Source: Tubiluchus corallicola
Taxonomy: Eukaryota > Animalia > Priapulida
DNA: 64,000 nt
Assembly (NCBI GenBank): GCA_030141605.1
Contig: JAQGDQ010000230.1
Span: forward strand, 248,001 to 312,000
Reading direction: 5' to 3'
Position 1 is the stretch's first letter, and each line of letters opens with the position of its first letter. A program made the position numbers and the translations under genes. Positions 28,001 through 40,000 of the stretch are shown one piece after another. The notes beneath the pieces are model-generated. The model searched no databases and was not told where the DNA came from. It saw only the letters and a program-made list of their open reading frames with translations.

Positions 28001-31000
28001 CAACTTTATTTGCTTCAAGGAGAACATCAACAAATACCACCGCTCACTAGCAATTTAGCTGTAATAATTCTAGCTTTATGGACCAATATTAATATTCAAA
28101 TTCAAAGTGAAGCCCATTACCTCAAGTGGACACTGACTTTGTGAGGAACAACTGCAAAAAAATTAAAACCTAAAATGAGATGTAAAGTGCCTTGATATCA
28201 ATTCATTACATAAAAATTACGCTCATACCTTGTACGATACGTAATAGGAAATTTTGCAGGAAAAAACAGTGAATCTTGTTTTTTACAGTCGAGTGTTTAC
28301 AGAATTATCTGTATAAAATGAATTTAAAGTGTGACATATAAATCACATGTGTTTCTAAACAGCGAGTGTGCCTGATATCTAGACAGTAGATATCCGCTAT
28401 AATATTATGTAAAAAGTCCACCTATGAAATGCACAATAGTCTGTTGTTATACAAATGTCTGAAATTAATATCCCATTACTGCAACAGAAGGCCGAGAAAA
28501 CAATGCAAATTTATTCAAGACTATATTATATTTTCTCAGTTTTTTAGTAGTAAGTTTTTATTGAAAACCATTGTCTTTGATGAATTGCTATCAAAAAATG
28601 AGCTCACAAATGAACGACGACATGAGTAATGGCTAGGGATGGTTCGTCAACAACCGAAAATAACTTGTCGACAGGGAAGCAAACTTGCGGGCGGATCTTT
28701 CATGATAAATGATTTCTTGATGGAGTCGAAGTGATTTAGCAGAGTTACTGAACCCAGGTGGATCAAACATTTAGTACAATGGTTGTTAATGGATTGCTGT
28801 TTGTTTTTGAGGCAACTCCATTTACCTAGGTAAACAGCCAACCAGGAGACAGGTAGAGCAAGGTAAACACTTGTAGGATAGGCACAATGCTGGTGGGCTG
28901 TTTAAATAATTAAACATCCTCCTACTGCCAATCAAAAACCCATAACCCATTACCCTTTGTACTAAAAGGGCTATTAAATGCAGGAAAAACCAAGACATGG
29001 TAAAATTCGTGGTATAACTCCTGGCGTCTGTCTGATTCCTAAAGAAACAATTCTACTATTGTATGCAGTCAGTCATTAAAATTCGTTGTTTTGTCTGAAC
29101 AAGTCAATACAAACTACTACTGCAAGTTCTAATAACATGTTAAAAATAAGATAAGGCAATCAGCATATTTTCTTGATATTAAATAGAAGTACCAAAAATG
29201 CAATAGTCAACCAAAATGCATATTTTTTTTTTGAAAAAAATAATTTTGCAATTTTTATCGTGGTGATTTTTCCACATACATACATACATACATACATACA
29301 TACATACATACATACATACATACATACATACATACATACATACATACATACATACATACATACATACATACATACATACATACATACATACATACATACA
29401 TACATACATACATACATACATACATACATACATACATACATACATACATACATACATACATACATACACACATATATATCTTGAGAAAAGGTACAACAAA
29501 GCAGAACATTTATCAAGGGGTGAACAGGATACCAGTACTATTTGCTGTCTGTCTATGAAGAGGTGCTGAATAACAATACGAACTGATAAAAGATTGGCAA
29601 GCGAACCTATATATTACATTTAGTCTATACCAATGTACTATTACAAACTCTAAACACAAGAAACAAAACTGAATGGAAAGCATTCTGATCATGCAACGCT
29701 AAACAGCTAACAAATCCCTACAACAAATACAACATAATACCTAATGATCCAGGATAAAGCATTAATCTTAAATTGCCCATCAGACTGTGACTTAATAAAA
29801 TTCAGACACACAAATCTGTTAGACCCTATCTGACCCTGGACCAAGGATTAGATTGAACAGTAGAGTTACGTAATTACAAAAAATAATATTATTAAAATTG
29901 CAGTAAATCTATGACTGAGAACATCTCTATTCAGAAAAGTGCATAAAATAACAGTTCTTGACCGATATTATTGTTTCATTAGTGACTGATAAACACTAAT
30001 TACTTCCTGCAAAATAAAAACCATACAAAGGACAATTACCAAGAGACAAAGACCTAAAAAAACATAAGAACTGCACTTACTGTAGTATCAAAGAAGAATG
30101 AACATGTTGGAACTAAATGGTAGCTACACAAAGCCCAATACGCTTTTCAATATCACAAAATAAACCAGAGAAGTTTGATGGCTTCATATTAAAAGTTGAA
30201 AGGGTTTTCCGGAAGTAATTATAATACACTACTAAAAATATTATCATAGTATTTTACTGCAGTTTGAATAGGCCTGGCTTCCTTAACATATGACCTTGAA
30301 TTATATACTTTTCACTAACAACAGAGAACTTTGCAACACAGCAAGAAGACCTCACTAGACCTAGTTCCACAAGCAATCACAGGCACACAAATGAAGGAAT
30401 CTGCCAAAAGCCTTGGTAAAATAACTGTGAAGGTTGCTGGTGTAAATAGACATAAGCTACAAGTAAATTTAGATTGATAATATTATACAAGCATTCAACA
30501 TGATGACTCTGTAAGCAAGGTATAGCACGCAGGCAAACCTCCAATGTTTTCTTAAATTGTCGTCCACATATTTATCCACCTAATATTAGGTCTAGAATCT
30601 ATTTTCTGCAGTAATTGTAACAGCATATGCCGTGTTTACAACCAATATTTAAACTTGTTAACAGTTGAATTGCAGAACACACACAATCCGACGCTCGCTA
30701 GCCTGGCTAATATGTTGTAACTGTGACAATAATAATCTACTTCAGGCGAATGACAAAGCCAGGCAGCCAAGACATATACAGATAACAAAGAAATGGCAAA
30801 CAATGAATGATAAAATTGGTTCTGTGAATGTAATCATGGGAAAATATCAAAATCAATAAAATAAAAACAAAAGAAGAAAGAAGCAAACACCATCAAGTGG
30901 CAAATTTTACTAAGATCTGACAGAAATCCAAAAAAATTTGACACAAAAAACTTCCACTTGAAATTAAAACCATAAATTCTAATTGGAGATAGTTTTAATG

Positions 31001-34000
31001 AATCCTTGTGAGAAATCAGGGTTTTTAATGTCTCCACATGACAGACAATCGTAATTATTTGGATATGTATCTTTCATTCAAAAATTTGCTGCTATTTTAG
31101 GACAACTCCAGAAAATGCGAGAGAACAGGTTGCAGACAACATAAAAGTTGCACCGGCATTTAGTACCTATTCAATTAGGTTAAAGAATAGTAATCTGCCA
31201 AGTCAGCACAGTCTGGTAATTTTATAGCTTTTCTACAGAGAACAAAGAGAAAAAACACCATCGTCAAACAAAGAGTGCTGGGTAATAAGTTTTATTTTTT
31301 AGCAAAGCACGTCTAAAGTCATTTCCAGTAATGCGCTCAGGGTGGTAGTCTCGTGTAGTTATAATTACTATTACCTGTACAAGACACGCGAAACTTTGCA
31401 CGGGACTGACCCACCCATCATTTCCTGTTTGTTAAACAATGGACAAAATTCAAACAAAACCTTCGTAAAATAACATTGGCATTATGTGCCGAGTTTAAAT
31501 TAAATTGTCTGCCAGTCTTCGCACAAAGGAGCAAAATCGTAAAATTTAGAGCCTGGCTGAACTCGCAAGCACAATGACTGGCTATTAAAATCAGAGTAGT
31601 AAAATGTGGTCAGGTGTACTAATATCACAACAAGAATGAAACAGAGAAAATATCCACATTAACACTTATTAAGGCTTATAAATGAATTCTTTTGACCTAA
31701 TAAATTTCAATAAATATCGTAAATGAAAACCAAGAAACAATTTTCCTGGCAGCAGACAGATCATGGTAGAAAATTTAACTTTTTCACGTCTTCGTTTAAA
31801 GGCAGCTATAAAAATCATGAAGTTGAACAAGTTTCACATAAGGATGTGAACGCATTGTGCCCTTTGTTGTGACTCCATGCCTGTCAAACGTAGTCGAGCT
31901 GTCTTAAATCTTAGCTTTTTGTGAATTCGAGTCGTAAACCTTTGTTTAGCCTAGCTGTAAAGGATGTTGTAAATCTTTGTTACATTTGTATGAGTGTCAC
32001 AAAAATTTATTTCAAAGTTCTACAAACCACATTGCTCAGCTCACAGGAGATTGTCAACTTATCAAGTATATGTAGGGAAACACTAAGCAATGAGATCCTA
32101 GATTAACTTTTCTGTCTAACAGCGTAATTTCAGCCAAAAGGCATGATACTGTCTCCTACTTTTTTTGAGAAATATCAAACAGATGTTGTAAGCAATAACG
32201 CCCCACGACTTCTTCCTTATATTTAACAACAAAGTCAGAGACAACACAAGATGCTGGAATAAGAAAATACGTGCTTGGTACAAATACAAGCTATAAGGCT
32301 TTAACGTGTTAATATTACCCAATTAAACTGAACAAACCCACAGGCTTACAGACAAAATTATCACAAACGCTATTAATTTAACTGAATATGAGATATTGTC
32401 AATTTGCAAACAATAGACAGCAGACTCCTTGCAGATAATGCAGAGTGCTTCTTTTCATCTTCCAATCCCCCCCCCCCAGCTAGCAATTATAACCCTCCTT
32501 TTCATCAGCACCTTCGGATTCTTCTGGGAATGAAATGCAAAGTGATTATTGAGGAATGGTTGACGAGATAACACACTGCAGATGTCGCCGTGGAGATGTC
32601 GCAGCCTCTCAGAGGATGAAGCAATTCACAGTGCAACGCTATGTACACAGGGTGAAAATATGATTTTGCCGATGTAGTAGGCAGAGTAATAGACTTCTTT
32701 TGCACGTTTTGTCATGCTGTTGATACTTGGGCTTGTAGCGGTTATCAATTATTAACCAGGCTCGGATTGGGAAATTTTATCGACGGTTCCTCTGACAATG
32801 ACGACAGATAGGAAAATTGAACGGGCCTGTGTAAACAGTGCGCACATAAAGACGAAATTGTTTCAATGGCCGAGGGACGTGGCACTGACAGGGAGACATG
32901 ACAGTCGTTCTCTCTGTGCATTGTAAGCTGTTTCGCTTTTACTGACAACTGCTGCCAGTGAACCAAATGGAAATTGTAACCTACTGAATGCTGCACGTCA
33001 AGCGTTACAACTGCAGGTCTGAAACAAGTAATGCAGCTGAAGAGCTTGAATACAATAAAGTCACAATCAAATGTTCACTATCATATAAAACCAGACTTCG
33101 CAACTTACAATTCTGTAGAACATTCACTGATTAGCAATAAAGGGAATATTACCTAAGCACTTTCAGTTTCTTTTTTTACAGATGAGAAATATATTCTATA
33201 AGTTCGGTTGTGCTTTGACTAATGCTGTTGTGTGGTTTACATGAGTTAAAATCTTAGAGACAAAGTGAAGGCAAACATCTCAATATTTACAAAACTGTTC
33301 CCTGTTTTGCAAACAAAACTGCTCAAGTTGTCTACTACATTTTATAAATAATGTTTTCCATGAAATTCAGAGCTTTAGAAATGCAAATTTTATAAATTAT
33401 TGAAACAGAATTTCTAGTTTGAATGTACTTAATGATCAGCCTCATCTTCTTTCTAACAACGCCAATAAAGTGATGTGCAATGGCAATGTATTTGTTCAGG
33501 TCTCTTCAGTAAAATATTGAGTCTCGGTTAATCTACGGTACACACACAGAACACTTCAGTTAACCAATGTATATTTACCCGTTGTACGATTTACAGCCAG
33601 AGTTTATTAAAAATACCAATACAAAGTTGTGTATTTGCGCTCTAGACAGTAATCACTGTTTAGTAGATGAAGAACAGCTATTTAGATGCTGCGAATTTGT
33701 CCCAGATTTCGGTGAGATGGAAGAGTGTCAACTCGAGGAGAGAGGGATGGAAAAACATTGCCATTGTATGAAGTTTGTTCATGGTGTTTGCTAGGACCGT
33801 GGTTATACGGATTGCAGCCGTTCATTCGGCTAAACACAGCCGCCATTGTAGCATGCACGTTGCGTGCATTAGACACTGATGGGAAATTCATGCCGTACGT
33901 GACGCTAGAGCCATGAGCGCATAGCATGCGTTCTCAAGTTAGCGCTATGAGGAAATTCACAAGAATTTTGTAATTAAGTGATTTGAGAGGATTTCACAGA

Positions 34001-37000
34001 CCAACGAATGAAACGATTGTATGTAGGCAAGGTCCACAAACTTGCTCAACGAGGAAATTATGTTTGCACAATAAATGCTAGAAAAATAGCTGTCAATAAT
34101 TGTTATCATGCTACCATTTATACATTCTTATTGCATAGGGAGTAACAGAAAACCACACAGTAATTTTGATTAATAAAAAATTACCAAAAACGAAACATAC
34201 ATTTTAACGTAATTTCTAGGCGAAATTGAATTTTCTGATGAAATTACTTTCAAATTCCACAATGTTGTCAAAAATGACAAAGGGCAACGCATTACAGTCA
34301 AAACAGCTAAATTTGGGCTTCCACTTAAAATACATTATTTTTTGCAAACATAATTATATATATATATATATATATTAAATTTCATTTTTATTCATGACAT
34401 AATGTATTACAGTTTTATAATATTTTCTTCCAAAATGTCGTAAAGCAGTTTTAGTTCTGACTCCATCTCATTAGAAAATTCAAAAATTACTTGGTATTAA
34501 ATGGCACTGAGATTACATATACTGGATACACGAAATTATCTAAAACGTACATATGAAATTGCAACAGAATTATAGACCACAAAATATTGAATCATAAAAT
34601 TATTATTTCAACCGAACAATATTTTTTCACAGACCACGGCAAAACAAGAATCATGCAAATTGGTTAGTAATGCAAGGTGCAAATATGGAACTTTATTTCT
34701 TGCTTTTCAGTCACTTTTCTTAAACGGTTAAATTAAAAATCATTAATTTGCCGAAACACGAAAAGCAATATCAAAACATGCAATCAGCACAAATGTAAAA
34801 ATTTCTGCATGTGTTTGAAGATTGTTTGTCTTGCAACTTTCGTCTTTAATCAAATAAAGCCGCAAAATAATTTACTAGCATGAATAAAAATTATTTAAAT
34901 TGACAAAACATGTTATTATTGTAGCGTGAAGAAGGGAAAAGTAAAATACTATTATGCTTGATAAATGCACTCGCAAATAAAATTGTATTTGAAGTTAGAA
35001 ACCCACATTCGTTACGCTTAGTTCAGCAAAAGTGCAGCATGAGAAATGCACACTACTAATTACAAAAGTAACATAAATGCATCAATTATTTATTATACAT
35101 AATAGCTACAAAAAATAATTTTTTTGCCCATTCCTGAGTTGCAATAACTACAATTGTGCAGCACATTGCATTTTCATACCATTTAATCATGAAGATAAAT
35201 ACACTTTAACTTTAATATAATATTGTAAAAAAAATCAATAATAACACACTCATCAAATCGGTCAGGCAATTTAATGGCCAAAGAAATAATATCGCAAAGT
35301 GAGTTCGATTTTGCGCGCATGGCTTTGTATTGTTTCTGCGTGCTCGACACACACCTCCTAAATTATTCAGAATGAAGCAAATATGAATTTTTAATTATCC
35401 CTACAGTGCGTGTTGTTGCAAGAAATTAAACGGGCCATGAGCAAACATGCTAGAAGAAAGACTCGGCAATGTAAACATGTATGTAATTCAGCATTTATTA
35501 ATTATTCAGAGAGTGAGACAGAGGGCAGCAGAGTATGATCGGCAGCAGCGAGCAATGATGCTAAAATGCGCATTCTTGTTAGATGACGTGTATGCCTGGA
35601 ATTCATGATGCAGCTTTCCCTCAAGAAATCATACATCTGAAACTTGAACTTTTTACTTCCAACTTAAGTGGTTCATCCAAATTTAACAGAAAAGTAATTT
35701 CCTTGCTAACAAATGTAGACCATCTGTCTATGTGACACAGATCCACACCAAAAAATTAAACAATGTGCCACACATCATACTAGTCAGGCTTATAACTTGT
35801 TAAGCTACAAACACCAGACTTTGTAATTCAGAATCATCAAAAGCCACAACATGGCAAAAAAGTGGCAAAGACAGATTGCCGAAGTCACAGTAGTGTAGAC
35901 ATATTAGATGACTGATGCCATCTTGAACCTCTTATAAAGCCCAAATTATCCAGGTAGATATCACGAATATTCTTGACCCATAGTTCATTTTTGGTAACAT
36001 TCATTTTAACTGATAAATAGCAACAAGTCACCACACTGTAGCCATACTGGATGACTGATGCCATTTTGAATCTCATTTTAGCCCAAATCATCATGGTAGA
36101 TATCACGAGTATTCTTATCCCATAGTTCATTTTTGGTAAGAATATTATTTTAGCTGATAAACGGCAACAATTATCAATTCGTTACTGAATTACAAACACA
36201 GTGAAGTGTACTGTGAATAGCTGTTCGAAGACCAATATCTAACCATTTTACATACCTGTAGTGCTTGCAAAGTTCCAGAACACACCGGACATCTGTCAGT
36301 TACACTTTCGTCGCTCTGATGACCTAGACGTTCAACTTCTCTTTCTAACTGAGCACACTATAAGGCATTTTATTTATATTAAACTTTAGGTTTCTACAGA
36401 GAAACTATCTAATACATTCCAAAACAGCACACCCTAAAACCTAAATTTCAAATAGAAAAAATATAATGCCGTAATATTGAATAAAACAAATATCATTAGA
36501 GAAGTAATACCATTTCAGTTTTGTTATGCAGTGTGAATCACATGTGGAGACAAAGCAACTCGATGTGGTAGGAATTTCAGTGGTTCTAATATTTTCTAAT
36601 ATTCGTTTTTTGGCCATTTCCTTTCATTCTTGATGTATTTTCTTAATAATAACTGAAATCAATTTTACCTTTGGCAAAATACTTATGTTAATTGATGGGA
36701 TGCAGAAAATAATGTAGGACTCACCAATACCTGAGAATTTCCAAGGCTAATGCAAAAAATGTCAAAGATTGCATTAGGTGTTAAATGCAAATAGGTCATT
36801 TTGTAAAATATTTCAAAGACTGGTAATAGTTCTTTTAAGGTAAATTAGAATAAAGAACAGTGTACATTAAGATGCAAGTGTTTTTAAACTTCTTATATAT
36901 TTTTCAAAAATATGATACCTTTATCAAAGCTGCATCACGTTCTCTGAGAATGATTTTTAATTCTTTTGCCTCTGCCAGGCGGCGCTGTTCTTGACTAGTT

Positions 37001-40000
37001 CGCAGCTGTTCAGCAAGAGCCACAAGGTGATGACTAATAGGTCGAGGTGACGACTCGGCTTTCACATCTTGCAATATAGTGCTGATGTCACGCTAAAAGA
37101 CACATTACAATCCTACTGTGAATATATAATCGCATTAAACAACTGGATTCATCAAAAAGTTTTGCAATCAAAATTATTTTAAAAGTACATTTTCGTGTGT
37201 CTTTTTGATTTTCCCTGATGTGCTGGTTTCCTCTCATTGAAACAAGACATTAATACATGCTAACGTAATTAAAACATACCCCCAGTTAAGAGCACATTTC
37301 AACATTTCAACTTGGAAAACAGTTCTTTACAATTAGCTAGATTCCATTCCTGCCACAATCCCATGTAATAAATAGGTACTGTCACTGAGTGACAAATTCA
37401 TTGTCGAGAACTGAAATGTATTAAAAACAAGGTGCCTACTGCCTACATATCTAAATTATTCAATATGTGCATTCCAAACACAACCTAATCATTCTGTAGT
37501 AAAGACATTAGAAAATTTGATGTTAGGTCTAAAATTTTTAATTACTTGTTTATCTTACAAGAGTAAGGTATCTGCAAATTGAACTCTATACAAGAATAAA
37601 TATAGGAAACCAGTTCCAAAACATGGCACATGCCTCACTTCTAATAGTCCCGTAAATCCTTCACCCCATCGACACTGAAACATGGCAATATCTATGCAAA
37701 ATATTTATTCTTGTCTAACAATACGTAATGCGTTGACAAACCCTACAAAATCTGCCGAATTTGTGCTACGTTATTTAAACAGGTAAAGATAAAACTATGA
37801 GTCAATATTTTAGCTTCAAACGTTGTCACAATATGTTTAATGCGTAGATCAAACTCATTGAGAATAAAGTCAACTCGTGTGCTTGTGTCGCAGATCAAAC
37901 AGCCCGCTTGTTGATTTTATTAAATAATTTTGCACATTTTCATGCCTTTTTTGTTTACATGTAGGATCGGCGAGTGTTTGCCTAAAGATGGGAGATACCT
38001 GTTGAAGAATCACACAGTCAACAACACGGGACAACAAAACGACAATAGCAGTTTCATTATTTGAGAGGATTTCATGTTTTTGTTCAAATTTATCTAAGAA
38101 TCTAATGAGATGACATATTACTATGTGTAAACGGAGCAATCTAAAAATCCGAAATGCTGTGTTTAACCAACACATGGAATCAAATCTATTCTGTTAATCT
38201 TTATTGTAATGAAAAAAGAAATAATGGAAAAGATTAATCTATTAACTACTTAGTCTTAATAATAATGTTAGTGTTAAAATGATACCGCAATATGTTGACA
38301 GAGCACCAAGTATACTACAAATATTTGTAAAATATCAAAAAGTAAAATTTAGCGGAAACCCAACGAATTTTTTATGGCAATATTAATTACAACAGACAAA
38401 ATAGCTTGACTTTTAAAAGCCAGAAAATTTTCAAATAAAATAAAATATCAGCAAGCGAGGTTTAGAGGAAACTAAATGAATTTTTTTACGGTAATATAAA
38501 TTAAAACAGACAAAATAGCCTGACTATCAAAAGCCAAAAAAACAACTACATTAATCTAGAAAGAATTCTGTTTCAAAAAAAGGTAATCAAATAAACTCAA
38601 ATAAAAAAAGTTTCATCACATAAAAATGTCACATTAATTTAAGCAAAAATAAAATTAAAAATTCTTGCCAAAATGACAAATGCTATATTTAAAAAGTATC
38701 CCATTTTTTGGCAAGAAAATTTGAACCACACAAGTAATAATTCCTAACCAAAATAAAACTTTTTCATCAAAGCAGCATTTTGGAATACAAAGATGGCAAA
38801 GGGCTAGGTTGATAATCTGTTGAAAATTAAATCCTTTCGGTTTCGATTAAAAACACACCTTTAAAATTTGGCACTTTCCCATCTGCCAGACATTATCAGG
38901 TTCCCATAACTGACGAAATTTAAGCCTGGGCGTTGTAGTGAAGTTCGTGAACCACAAATTACGGCCTGGATCACCATTAAACTGTGCAGCGAGAAAAACG
39001 ATAATAAACCTGGCATAATAAGAAAGACAAACAGGTAAAGCTAACAAAAACTTAATCTGTGCTCAGTCCGGTCTCTGTGTTTGTTGACGAACCACATTCT
39101 CGCAGGCTTCGAGCAACAATGGGCGAATTTTCCGAGGAAGATTAGCCCAGACAAGCGAATGCTGTCGAGTCCTTGGGCCACTTATCATACGACAACAGTT
39201 GTTCAACTTTTGGCAAACATCCTTCCAATGAAGTGGCCTCCTTGTCCGTGAATGCAAAACAATGTCCAAGACTTTAGAAGAGAACAAGATAAGAATATTC
39301 ACCCCAAATGAACACTTTTCTTGCAACACACTGAATGTCGTACGAGTGGTTAAAGAATAAATATAATTTTCTCATCAGCTCTGTTTGCACCTCAAAACAC
39401 AATGAGGTAGTTGTCATACAGTTGCAACGGGGTTAAAGAAAATAACATTTTATTTCTTAATTGCTGACCAAGGGTATTAACAATTAACTGTACCCAATAT
39501 TCTACAGCTATGCACTACACCAGTAAATAAAGGAAATACAAATTATATTTCAGAATTTTTGCAAAATCTGCACTTTTTAAATGCTAACCTAAATTGTTTT
39601 CACTACCTACAGATGCCTGACCCGTTGAGCTAATTAAAACATGCAATTAGCAAAAAACGTAACCTGCCATATTTTAGCCTGACTCATTGACATACTCTTA
39701 AAAGTTATATTGGAAACAGGAATTACTATCTGTGAATATAGACACATGGCATGAACAAGTGTTATTGCTTATTAAAATTTTTATTTCTTTTTTAGTAATA
39801 TGAAATTGATCAATAAATAGAAATACTCAGGATATAAATGTGTGAGTATTAAGTATATTATTAAAAATAAGATGATGCGTTATCATCATCACATAACTTA
39901 ATACTCCATGCACAACAATATTGCCATAAATTCCGAAACTGCAGAACGCGACTATGAGTCCCCACCTGGTGGCTGAAATGCCAATTACTGCTGGTTTCAA

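Noticed and set aside
29160-29516. Four overlapping ORFs with YVCM/HTYI repeats
   Set aside because: They are translations of the (ACAT)n microsatellite.
29600-30500. A-rich stretch with faint LINE-like traces (e.g. QEDL)
   Set aside because: Too degraded to give a convincing RT motif by eye.
38859-38982. Exon-like segment on the minus strand (FNGDPGRNLW...ILK)
   Set aside because: Open in phase 0->0 but has a stop in the phase-2 frame, so it cannot resolve the phase gap. No MIPOL1 similarity.
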